DNA from: Marsupella aquatica
Lineage: Eukaryota > Plantae > Marchantiophyta
Length of the DNA stretch: 64,000 nt
Direction: 5' to 3'
NCBI GenBank assembly: GCA_973895155.1
Contig: OZ316891.1
Coordinates: forward strand, 647,558-711,557
Shown one piece after another: positions 38,884 to 51,006 of this stretch. The notes beneath the pieces are model-generated. The model saw only the letters and a program-made list of their open reading frames with translations. It was not told where the DNA came from and did no database searches. The position numbers were made by a program, and so were the translations under genes. Positions within the stretch are counted from its first letter, which is position 1; every line of letters starts with the position of its first letter.

Positions 38884-41800
38884 TATTTACAGCAAAAATG
38901 CATACACCCAATGTGTTGATAAAATCAAAAAGTTAAGAATTTTTTTTAATTTTCTTGTCACATAGCTCACCACATGTTATCGTTAATTACATTTCAAATC
39001 TATGTATTGCATCTGACGTTTCATCTGTAACATCCAGTTCCTTGCACTTCCAAACCTGATATTTGCCGGTGCGCGCTCAGGCTCAGATTTCAGATGATTC
39101 TTATACTCCTCACATAAAGAATGAACAAATATAAGAATTGAAATTCTGCAAGCTGCTCATCTGCAAAATGATAGTCTACAGACGTCCGCAATTAGGATGA
39201 TTGATCTCTGATGAGATCTGCATTGTTTCAATACTTCAATGTCACTCATGCACTCTGATTTTTTCTTCTTTGCCCACGTTGTAGATGAGGAACATGTCTA
39301 CCAACATTTATCATAATTGTTCATTGATCTCATTTCTTGCCAACATCTTAAGGGGTTTACTATGGAAATCCTTGAAAACCGCATGCACATAAAATAAATA
39401 CATTTGAGTGATATCCGCAAAGGTTTTTAAAAGCATAGAAGTTGAAAGTAGATAGCATATACTCGTATTCTCTAATATATGTTTTAATTAATTTTATAAA
39501 CTAAATAAGGTGCTCTGTTGATAATTGAGAACATGTAACATACTAGCCAATATGTTGAGTGCGATACTTTATAATATAAAAAATCAAGTTGAGAATCCAG
39601 TGCTGCTGTATTTTTTGCAGTATTTTTTTCAAATAATTAAATAAATAAACATAACTTATTTGACAGATACAATATGTTAATATGTTAATGTAAAACTCTA
39701 AGGCAAAAAGATACAACTAGCTTCGATTGCTTGATTTGATATCATGCTGCCAATGACAACATTTGCTTGGGAGGCATCACAGACGGGATCGCAGGTGATT
39801 GTTTTTCACTCACTCTTTGGCCAATCCTTGTAAAGATTTGGAAGTACCTGGAAACACTCTGGCAAAGAAGCTCTTTTATATTTTGTTGCTCTTTCTAAAA
39901 TACAATATTGATGCTTCAACAATTTTTGCAACAAACAGTGTTTCACAATTCAAAAGTTGGTCGTTTATTTTCTAACCAATCTGGAATATGAGCACTTTGA
40001 TTCCTGTATCTAAAAACTCTTCCAAGAGTTTCTGAAATTTTTAATGAATCCAATCCTAGAAAGTTACCAGCAACAATGAATTTGTCATGTGAGCATGTTG
40101 TGCTCCAAAGTTTTGTTTGTGGCTCTCACCAACAGCCATACAAACTCTCTGATCACAATCAAAATAGATGAAGAACCTCAAATCCTTGCATTTGCCTCTG
40201 CCTGTTTTTTTCCTTCTTTGTAGTTGTTGCATCAGTTCTTCCATCTTCCTGTTCAATTCAATCTTCATTGCTTGCTTGTGTTGATGAGCCTTTCAAAGCT
40301 GTTGATCAATGTTTGGCATCACTCCTTTTGAGTACCTTGAAATTTTTCATGCAAGTAAGCTATGCTTCAACATTTGGTTTGTGGCTCTTTGAGTAACAAC
40401 CATACAAACTATATTATGTGAACATATGCATTCTGACTCCTATACAATATGACTCTTCCAAAAGTCTATAAAAGTTTCAAAGTCCACTCTTAATTTGTTG
40501 GCTGCAACTTACAATAAAGTTTTCTGAGAAGTTTTTATGCAAGTAGTATGTTGTGTTCATACTTCTAGTTTGCTCTTGAGTTTGCGGCTCTCTGAGTATC
40601 AACCATACAAATTTTCCAATTATAATTTGCCACTGGAAAACTCCAAATGCCTGCATCTGCTTTTGGAAACCCTGCAAACTAGCATGTCATAATTCAGAAA
40701 GCTTTTCCTGGGACCCCTGCTTATGTAATCAAAGGTAGGGGTGCAAATAAATGTAGGCATTTTAAATTCCAATTAAGGTTAATCATTATGAATTTTGTTC
40801 TCTATGTAGGGGCTATAAAAATAACAAACTTAGAGTATAATTTTAAAAAAAGGAAATCTGTGAAACCCCATAGAAAGGGAAGAGTGAGTCACAATAGTTG
40901 AACCCAAGACCTATCAGTCTCTACTCAAGTGAGCTACCACAAAGCCATGCTACATGTATACAAAATTTAAGGGTATAAAATTATGAAAGTTTTACATCTA
41001 CCAAGGTATTTTAAAACTAAAAAAATTGAGAAAATAATCATTATACATATTTTTAGTTTTCTGGTTTGTATGTTTGTACATATTTATCTTGAATGTCAAC
41101 TTTCAAAATGTAGGAGCTAGGCATGCTCAATACAAAATATGTATTTTTGATGGAGATTAGCTAAATTTTTAAAGGCGTAGGCGGCATATGAAGGTATTTT
41201 AAGCTCAAATTTATATAATATTCTCTAATATGTAATTTTCATAAAGTAAAATTTATAATTAATATTGAATATGGAAAATATTTTAGAATATTCTTTTTAT
41301 AAAATATATTATTTATGTTAGGCTAGGATCACACGTGGTACTCTAAAATATACACCAAGTTAACCTCTTGAGGGATTCACTCTTACTCGGGCCAAAGAAA
41401 AGTTTTCAAAACTATCAAAGTCACGCTTGACAATAAGGGTTTACCCACTCAAAAAAACTGTCAAGGGTACTTATAATGACAAGGGTACAATGGTGGACCT
41501 AGTCACCCAGCGCCCTCACCAATCCCAACACCCACGCCTAAGTGCCCTTGGTGCCCAAATGCCTCCATGGAACTCATCGAGCAAGCAAGTTGATGCCCAA
41601 ATAACATAGCTTGTCCCAAAGCTTGTCCCAAGCTTGTCCTAAAACAACATGACCAGAATGGCCCCGACCACTATCAACCAACTCAAGGTTCCCGCTCAAT
41701 TGACAGTCTAGGGCCCAAGTGAGTTGGAACTCAATCTCCATGCCTACAATGCTTTGCCTCCCCAACACAAGCTCCCATGGGAAATTGAAGCCGACTTGGC

Positions 41801-43738
41801 TGTTGTTTCGGAAAAATTTGGCAAGCAGGCGAGAGAGTCCCTGCAAACCCCAAGAATCCTTGGCACCCCTAGGCCTAGCTAAGCTCAAGAGGATGTAGTC
41901 CTCCTTATTAAGATCTTTCCAACACATCCAGTCCCCCAATGGACTTCCCATTGAGAAGTTATCATCGTTTCCGTTTGGTGTTCCCTCTTGGTGTCACGGT
42001 CGTCGCGACTCACAACTTGGGCTTGCCCTTGGCCCCTTGGGAGACACCACTCCCCTCATATATGCTTCTGGAGACCTGCCACCCCCAGAACTACTTTGGT
42101 ACTCATATTTTGGCCCAGCCCGCACACATGGGCATGCAACTAACTTGCTATGCCCATAACTTTCTAGCTAGAGTCTGTAGGCGGAGTGCCTTAGCCCGTT
42201 GTTATCAGGTTGACCTAGTAGGCATGCCTAGGCTCTCAAAACCCGTCATCACTCGGGGCCCGCATCTGGGCCGCGGCGAATCTCATGTGCCAAGCTAGCG
42301 TCTGTTGCACTTGAAGTAAACTTCGTTAGCCTTGGGCCCAAGAGGAACTCTCACTCAAGGGCCCTTAGAACTCAAAGTCTGTCCGGGGGTCCAGATGGTC
42401 CACCTTGAGCCCGACCCCTTCCCATGACCTGACCAGCCCCAAGCTAGTCTAAGTCATTAGTGTGCGTCACCAGCTTAGCGTCTTGCCCTTGCTAGTGCAA
42501 TGCCTTGTTGCTCACTAGTTTCCCCATACTTAGTCCTCACCGGATGGTCATTCTGGGGCTTGGACCATAGGGGAGCTTAACATTGGAGTCAGCAACTCCG
42601 AAGCAAAGTGTTAAGGTAGTCGAGTTCCGCGACCCACATGGAGCAGAGTTTGAATTAAAGTTAGGAGCTTGATTAGGAGCTAGTGATAAAGGTAAACACT
42701 TGACCTGTTGTGAAGATTGGATTAGAGTGGTTTGGTAGAATGAAAGCTATTTAAGTGTGGAATTTGTTTTGTTGTGGTAGATATGCTTTTGCTACTTACC
42801 TGGGAAAACTTCACAAAAATAGAATCAAGCTAAGATTAGCCAGTATAATTATGCTCCCAATGCTAGATAGTGGTAGTAGAGTGTGTAATCAGTGTTAATA
42901 TTCAAAGTGGAGAAAACTTGAAAGTCTCTTATGAAGAAGAGGTGGAGTTTTTTTTTAAATTTTTTTTAACAAGAACAAAACAACTTTATTCATGGAGAGA
43001 ACAAGGAGAAAAGACTTTCTGGCTAGAGTCTGAGTGTATTCTTGGTCACAATGTGCTTTTCTTAATTTTCATGTGTACTATGTCACTCACTTTTAATTAA
43101 CAGGTATTAATACAGATATTAAATTCTTGGCATATACTTTACATGTACCTACTTCTTTTATCATAAATAAATCAAATGATTTACATGTCACTACAAGACA
43201 AAAAAAAGAGGCATGCTCGAGGATGAACATGCTATATGGCTTTAAAAAGTATTTGAATTTCTTTATTTTTTTGCTTGTGGTCTAACATTAAGTTCTTCCA
43301 TCATGAGAACAGAACTGTCAGAATTAATGATATTTTTGCTTGGATAATATGCTACCTGTGAGTTGCTCTTCACCATGAGAATGGTCTTATTTTCAAAGCT
43401 TAGTGAAAAGTTGATCAAAGCATTGCTCCCAATCAGAATTATGTCAAAATTTTGTTCCAACATCCAGCAAAACCTCTAGGTACTCGGAAATAGAGCAGCT
43501 AACCTTCTTTTTGAGGCAACCTCCCTCAATGGGGCATAAATGCTGTTTTATGTACAGTACCAAGCTTTGATTTCTGCATTGACAGTTCTGGCCTTGTGCT
43601 TGGCTTTGCTGTGGAGTGGGCACTGGGCTCATTTTGACTCTGTTTTGGCTGTTTACTCGTTGTGGCCTTAGCTGCTTGTGAAGGTTGTGTGCTTGTTTTG
43701 GTAGGCTCCTTATGAAGGCTATGTGCTCCACTCTGTTC

Positions 43739-44055
43739 TTTTTTTTGCCTTGAAAAAACTCATTGAATAACATCCAAAAGCCAGCATACAACATGGGCGG
43801 CCCACAAAGGGGGTCGGCACCCGGGGGACCAAAGGCCAATAAGCCAACAAACCGGAGAGGCCGGAACCAGGAAAGAAGCTAAACCAGGGGAAAGCTAAAC
43901 TAGAAATTTAGCTACTGCCGCAGGAGCAGCTCAAACTCCAAAAGGCTGGCCAGTGAACCGGGGACCGGCAGGGTACCCATCAGTGGATCCGTGATAGAAA
44001 AGCTATCGGTCTAGTCTGCAGTGTAGCTCCTAATCCTGTGGAGTAGAATCCTTCA
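43739..44055 (-). mobile_element. 5'-truncated non-LTR retroelement fragment (3' end with A-tail), ~320 bp
   Basis: The minus strand ends ttattcaatgagttttttcaaggcaaaaaaaa. A degenerate TSD tgctc(ca/gg)ctctgtt lies at ~43724 and ~44056. The same 3' terminus occurs at 45686-45710. Confidence 0.55.
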
Positions 44056-44355
44056 TGCTCGGCTCTGTTTTGGCTCTGTCATTGGTGCTTCATTATTTTC
44101 CACTTGTTTTTTTGGCTCTTATAGCTTTATGAGGTTCATTTTGGCTAGACTATGCTCATTTTGGCTTTTCGGCTCATTGCATTGGCTACAGGTGCATTCT
44201 CCAGCTGCTTGTGAAGGTTGTGTGCTTGTTTTGGCTGTGTGCCTCAACTGCTCAGGAAAGTTGTGCTCTATTTGTGGCCTCAGTTGTGTGTTTCAATATT
44301 TGACCTGGTTTGTGTGCTCATTTTTGGTCCTCTCTCTTTCAATTTGGGACCAAAA

Positions 44356-44419
44356 ACCAGTGCATTGTGTGTAACCTCATAGGTTATTCATTTGAATAAC
44401 CGACACACAATGCACTGGT
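44356..44419. other. 64-bp hairpin / inverted repeat
   Basis: Perfect 17-bp arms accagtgcattgtgtgt / acacacaatgcactggt with an inner 9-bp stem ggttattca / tgaataacc. Confidence 0.8.
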
Positions 44420-45668
44420 GACTGAATTTTGAAAAGTGCATAGGTTTACTGCTCAATTACACATCTCTTGTATGTTTAGTCTTGGAAAATTTTCCTCCAT
44501 CCTTCCAAAAACTGTTTTGTGTTTTTGTCTTACAAAAACTTCCTGCCCTTGCTTGTTACCTGGTTGCTTCTCAAGTTGGAAAAATGCCATCATTTGTCAT
44601 GTGCAGAGATTGACAACGCTGTTGAATGTGGTGCTGGAAAACATTTGCACCATTGTTGGGAATTGGTTTAAATGTAAGTAACCTATATTTTACTGAAAGT
44701 GGCAGTAATATTAATAAAAAGTAATGGTTCCTTTTTTTGTTAAGGGGTTCAGAAATCATCAATAGGGTAAATGTTTTGATAAACATCTTATGTTGACAAC
44801 ACATCTAGACTATAATTTCTGCAAAAATAAAATAAAATAAAACGTAACTATGGTTTACATTTAGCAAAGTCAGAATCTTTTGCACTATAGCTCTATATTT
44901 AGTTTTATTATTAATTTTACAAGAAACAAAGTATTTTTCCAATCTGATGGAGATGTGTTTTTGTTGTATGCTTAAACGTATCAACATGTTTTATACATTA
45001 TTTTTTCAATCTTTACCGATCCCCATGTTAAGTCTTTTGCACCACATCGTAGCAAGGTGATAAGAATGTAAATGACTATTTGACTCCTTAACAACTCATT
45101 TTGGTTCTTGTTAGGAGTGGATGCGATCAAAAAGACTTATTTAACATGGTTTGAGAAGTCTAAGGTTGGGGTATTAATGTTTTATAAACTTTCCCAAGTC
45201 TTGGGCAATTTTGTCACTATGCTCATCACATGGGTGACATTCATGTCCACATGCAATCAATAAGACTAACAAGTAAACAAATGATATAATATCAATGAAT
45301 AGAGGAGAAGAATTCCAGCTAGTATGGCTAGCATTTCCCTATATCACCAATCCATTTCATAGGCAAGTGGCATAATCTAAGATTTGGTACAATCAAGCTC
45401 CATCATATACCGCTGCCAAATTCAATGCCAAAATCCTTCATGAAAGTCCTTCATGAAAGTAAAACATCCTTCCCAAAAGCAAGCCTCTCACTCTTTCTTG
45501 CCCTTGTCAATTAGCCCTTTACTTCACCACGCACTCCATGGTATGGGAAGCTACAATGTCTTGGTCCATCGGGGCTTCTGTTTCAAATAGAGCAGTTACT
45601 TGTGCCTGCATAAACGTCCATACCTATTTTTTAGTTTGCTCAACAACGTTCAGTTAAGTGATGGCCAT

Positions 45669-45727
45669 AAAGTGGTCCCAGAAATATTCATTGGGTTTTT
45701 TCAAGGCAAAAAAGTGGTCCCAGAAAT
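45669..45727 (+). mobile_element. Ultra-short (25 bp) non-LTR retroelement insertion between 17-bp target-site duplications
   Basis: aaagtggtcccagaaat (45669-45685) + attcattgggttttttcaaggcaaa + aaagtggtcccagaaat (45711-45727). The insert matches the 3' end of the 43739-44055 element at 23/25. Confidence 0.7.
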
Positions 45728-46020
45728 TTATTGTCTGCAACCATTTTGAGACAATTGCTCATACTCTAAACAGTATGTTAAAACCATATTCCATTATTCT
45801 GACCACGTAGGTGTTGGTTCACGGGCGTGGTACTTGACCGTGGTACTTGACCGTGGTAGCCAGGTGAGGCTCGGGCAGCAAGTGCGGGCAGTACGAGCAT
45901 GAATCCGAAAGAAGTGCGATAAAGGGATTTGATGGAAGTAGACTCCCTGAGTGTTGTTTGGGCAGAGATTCCAACAAGTCGTTCTGTACAATTCCGCCAT
46001 CCACCTTCGATTTCGTGGCT

Positions 46021-47620
46021 ATGGCAGCTCTCGTGGCAGCCGCTTCAGCTGTCGGGGCGGGGCCCCTGTCGACCGCTCTGAGATGTGGTGCCATCGCTGG
46101 CCCGTCTCGTGATCTCAGCTGTAGCTCGTCCGCATTTGCGAAGGGTGTGAAGCTCCAACAGCGAAGATGGGTCGTCAATGCGTCTCGCAACAGAGTGGGT
46201 GCTGCTCCTCTTGTCAGGGCGCAGGCCACTGCAGAAGTGGAAGTCGAATCCCCTCCAGGTGTGTGTGCCGTGTGCCTCTCCATTTCTTGTGATAATCAGT
46301 CCCCTTCTATTTCGACGGTGTCCTTCTTTCAAGTGAATTCTTCTGTATCTCTTGCTTCTGTATACCCTATTCTTTCAATTAGTCCCTGTCCATTTGTTAC
46401 GCATAGTCAGCCCTTATTCCATTTGAATGGTGTCTGGCATTCCAATTAATTCTTTTGTGTGGCTTTCTTCTGGATACCTCTCGCCTTTGGATTTGTGATG
46501 AATGGATGATTCTATTGACCTTACGCGAGGGATTACGTGATTAAGGAACTTGTTTCGGCCAATTTGCTCAGCATGAAGCATTACAAAATTGGACTTTGAT
46601 TGATTTGTCTTACCACGTTTAAAAAACTCTGAGAAAATCTCCACACGCAGAGAGATGGTAGCGACTTGGTCTGATTTTTCCAGCGTATGGTGCATTTTAT
46701 TTGATACAGAGAGATTTCGCCTCGGGAATTTGTCTCCTCAACCGGGTTCTAGGAAGAGGAACAAGAGAAAGGGAAGAGGTATTGCGGCTGGACAGGGGGC
46801 AAGTTGCGGGTTTGGTATGCGTGGCCAGAAGTCCAGGTCTGGATCAGGAGTCCGCCCCGGTTTCGAAGGAGGACAAATGCCCCTCTACAGGCGACTGCCC
46901 AAGCTGAAGGGTATTGCCGGAGGTAAGCTCCGCTGTGGTGGATAAAGTTTCCTTAACCCTTTGGTCTCATTGTTTCGTCCCGCTGGTTCTGACTTAGCTC
47001 CTTGGGTGTGTGAGCAGGAATGGGGGCTGGGCTCTCCAAGTTTGTCACCGTGAATCTGGATGATATTGAGGCTGCGAATTTCTCAGAGGGGGAAGAAGTG
47101 TCTTTAGAAACCTTGGTAGCTAGGCGTATCCTAAATCCCTCCGGTAGGGAAGAACGACTCAGATTGAAGGTACCGTCATCATCTCACCTTCAAATTTTAT
47201 GTATCACTGAACATAGGGTATGTTTATGATTACCACATTAATGCTAGTGTCTAACTGAATCAAGCAGTGTTATCTATGAATCGAGGATGGAAAACGAATT
47301 TAGGAGGAAACTGTAGTTTTCTACAATCTGTCTCTGGGATGCATAGACCTGTCGAATGGTCTTTTTGTAAATATGAATTGTTTAGTGATAGTTGCTTCTT
47401 ATCTCAGGTTTTGGGAAATGGCGAGCTGACCACAAAGCTTACAATTAAGGCTGGTGCATTCTCGGAATCTGCGAGGGCAAAACTGGAGTCGGTTGGAAGT
47501 ACTTTGGTTGATGTGCCAGGGCGGAAGAAGTGGGTGAAGCCTTCAGTGCAAGCGCACCAGACCCGAGCCGAAGAGTACTTTGCCAAGAAACGGGCATCGG
47601 ATTCGTGGGTTGAGAAGTAG
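46021..47620 (+). CDS. RPL15: Plastid 50S ribosomal protein L15 (uL15c), 4 exons
   Basis: Transit peptide exon (46021-~46258), then [70 protein letters not shown] (~46710-46922), [12 protein letters not shown]...ILNPSGRE (~47018-47169) and [27 protein letters not shown]...EK* (47408-47620). Confidence 0.97.
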
Positions 47621-48033
47621 TGACTCAATTTTGCTTCTTGTTGTCAATGCGACTGTACAGGACTGGTCATTTGTCCTGCTGCTGGGATGGTGGACAGGGG
47701 ATATACCAGTTTGGATGTGAATTAGAAGAAGTTCTACCTGTAGCCATATTTCTTCACCCCTGAATAAAAATGACGAGGTGGGAAAAACTTTCTAAAATGT
47801 GCGGATGTCCAATGTTGATTTAGACGCGGATCGTTTTTTTTTCAATTCTCTTGATTTTGACCGCAGTAAATTTATTTGCAAAATGTTGCAAAAATTCATC
47901 TTGAGAATGGACTGCATTGTGCATTGTGCATAATGAAACAATGATTAAAACTGTTGATTGACGTCAAAGAAACGAGCACTGTGCATTGACACAATAATTG
48001 AAACTGCTGATTGACTTCGAGTTCAGTACCTGA

Positions 48034-48425
48034 GGATCGTCGTGAAAGTGTCCTTCTGACATAGGGGGGTGTCTTATTTTCTTTCCCAAGAGCACGTAAT
48101 TGATGGGGCAATGTGCAGCATCTATAAAATAGCAATGAAGACAATGACACTTCTCAATGCAATAGCTAAAGATTGTGGTGAAAGTGCCTTACCCAAAGAG
48201 GGGTGACTTATTTTCTTTCCCTAGAGCACGTAAATGATAGTGTTGTGAAAAGTATCTTTAAAAGAACGTTAGATATAATGACATTTATCAACGCAGTAGC
48301 TATGGATCGTCGTGAAAGTGTCCTTCCCAGAGGTGGATATCTTATTTTCTTTCCCAAGAGCACGTAATTGATAGGGCAATGTATAGTATCTATTAAAGAG
48401 CGTTACATGTAATGATAATTTTCAA
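48034..48425. repeat. Diverged tandem repeat, 3 x ~135 bp, between convergent gene ends
   Basis: gat(c/t)gt(c/g)gtgaaagtg...cttattttctttccc(a/t)agagcacgtaa begins at ~48034, ~48170 and ~48304. Confidence 0.8.
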
Positions 48426-48844
48426 TTTCGATTCCCCTCAAAATGAAGTCACTGGCAAAATTCCTTGAAAAATAACGGGTTGTTCTGTCTGAGAAACAGA
48501 ATCCAATTGGATCTCATCCTAAAACCCTAACTATGGCTACCAGTTCGGGATTCCGTTACATTATAGCTTTGACGAAGGATTAGACTACTAGCATATCCGA
48601 GCGACAGGGAATGAAAGTCGATTCCAGAGTTTGTCATAACAGAAGGCTTTGAGAATGGCCTAATAGCTAAAACCCGTTCACTCTTTGGTTATGGAACCCA
48701 TAGTCCAAAAATGAGTCCTGTAACAAAGGCGAGGATCCTGAATTGGTCTGAGATTCCTTAAATTCCTACACCCAATAGGTAAAACAGAAGCCCCGTGACC
48801 TTGGAGAAGCTCTCAATGATCGTCATTGGGAACATATGCCAAAC

Positions 48845-51006
48845 TCACACCACTGGTTTCATTGTCACCAAAGGGAGCGTCTCGGTCATATCTTGTTTCT
48901 CTGAACTCTTTATCATCTCAAGGGATAGCTTGTGCCGAACGTATCCATAGAATGTGCAGCCAAGCAGTGTGATACTGCATCCAATTGCATTCATCCCCGA
49001 CATGGGGTTCTTGAATATGAGCCAGGAGATGACGATAGCAACTGCCACCTGGAAAATCCAAAATATGGGTTATGACGAGAATTACAGTTGAAAGGAAACT
49101 AAAGTCAAGAGATGATCCAAAAGACATTCACGCATGTCTACAGAAAAACGCAGTCTCAAGGAGAAATGTATAGTCTCAGCATAGCTTCCGGTAAAAGCAA
49201 CGATCTGAACGAAATAAGTGAAAGGCAATGCTGTACTCCTACCTTCATATTGCCAGCCACATTGAATGTGACAGCAGTTGTTGAATGGATGACATAAAAG
49301 ATAGAGAAATTGAGACAAAAGGCGAATACACCAGAGCTGAGAATAATGCAAACAGGGAAAAATAGCGACTCTTGCCCTTGGGCCCATGTTACTACCCCCA
49401 CCCCTTCCAAAAGAAGAGCCGGGAGGGCTAGTATCATAGTTGCATAGGGTGCCATATAATACACAGTGTTTATGCTGCATGCACATCACAACAACCGTAA
49501 ACTCGGTGAGTCTCACAAGTACATCACATTTGACTACAACATCAGCGATTTACCCGATGAGATTCCATGAGGGTACCTAAGCAGACTCCTCATCAATTAA
49601 CATCGCCACATGGCCATGTTATGGCAACTTCACAGCTGAACATGAACCCTCCCTACCTTATAAGATGACTTTTGTTTCTTCTCATTCACCTAGGATATAC
49701 AACAGTGGACAAAAGGCTATCGGAGAGAGCTATTAAAAGGTAGGCAGACAACGCCATGTCTTCTACCTATCAAAATTGTATCCATGGAGTAGAGACTCGG
49801 CCAGAATGGTTTTCGTTGATGTCACCAGACAACCAAAAAGTGCTGCCAGGAAGCCGAACAGGTTGAAGCTCAATTCTGTAATAGAGGTGAGCATTATACC
49901 GCCTACCACGGGTAACAAAGATAGCCAGACCCTCTTATCAAATACCTTTCTCCATACCAGCCACTGCAAAACCACTGTTACAGAGCATTTCATTAGCACA
50001 CTGGTATAGCATACAGTTTATTAGTCACGGACAATAAGTTATTTAACATTACCTTTTTCAAAACCATAACAAATTATCTACTGTGGAAATTTCTAGTACC
50101 TGTCGTGGCGGGAGTCAGAGACTTGATGGTCTGCATGAAGGACACTGGAATGTACCGTAGGCTCACATTCCCCAGTACTATATTGATGCAGAAAACGAAG
50201 GACATCGGAAATATCCTGCTCCATCTGTCTTGCGGGCTCACTTCAATTAATGGTTTCAATTTCAAAATATGGATTACCACAAACGCTCCCACGGCTGACA
50301 AGATGAAGTGGATGGATGAGACTGTAAGAGGGAACTTGAAGTCCAGTCTCTGCCACACGAGTCGGAACACAACCCAAACAAAGGTCAGAACCAGACGCAA
50401 TAAAATTGCAGAGCACTGAAGAGATAAATCAAGCCATAGACTCAGGTAGTAATGATATTGTAACAGAGCCAATTGACATTGGGAAAAAGGAAATAAAAAG
50501 GATAACCTCGTCAAGAGAGGAATCGATTTTTTTGCAGATGTGGTCTATATTTCATATAATGGCCTGAGTTTCCCTCCCAATTCAAATTCATGGGAAGCTG
50601 TGTGCGGCAAATGAGGGTTTCTAAGGGATTTCGTCATTCGACCACTGGGCTTTCAGTGAGAATTCGGTTTACAACTCGAGTGGATACATAACTTATTCTA
50701 TACCGGCGTACAAGCGAGGTGATGATGATTTAATTTTTTTAACAAAACTGATGGCATTCTATGCCAGAGCTGCTCCGAACAGAACATTTTCTTAGGAACA
50801 TCATTGCCAGCTTCATAAGAAAGCGATAAACGGATCAACTACTAGATTCGTTTTGCATCGTTGGTCAGTGCAGAAGGAGGTTTAGAGATTTGCGCAACCT
50901 GAAATATCCATTTGTTCATAATAATAACCAGCACATTGAATGACCACCATTGCAAAACTGAGAGAATTGCTCGGAAAGGACTCGAACGCTTGACGTCCGA
51001 CTTCAT
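48845..51006 (-). CDS. Nucleotide-sugar transporter of the triose-phosphate-transporter (TPT) family, UDP-galactose transporter 1 / GONST5-like, 5 exons
   Basis: Exons read AILSVLQWWSFNVLVIIMNKWIFQ, RLDFKFPLTVSSIHF...CINIVLGNVSLRYIPVSFMQTIKSLTPATT, VVLQWLVWRKVFD...TSTKTILAESLLHGYNFD, SINTVYYMAP...FCLNFSIFYVIHSTTAVTFNVAGNMK and VAVAIVISWLIFKNP...CTFYGYVRH. Start ATG approximate. Confidence 0.93.

Noticed and set aside
40056-40620. Coiled-coil-like ORF and three spaced copies of gtttg(t/c)ggctct...ccatacaaa
   Set aside because: Probably a decayed transposon fragment; too degenerate to define ends or a product.
41400-42700. GC-richer block with several short ORFs, possible LTR-retrotransposon remnant
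   Set aside because: No gag/pol motif, LTR pair, PBS or TSD could be identified by eye.
45836-45858. 13-bp tandem duplication cgtggtacttgac upstream of RPL15
   Set aside because: Short slippage-type duplication with no further support for function.
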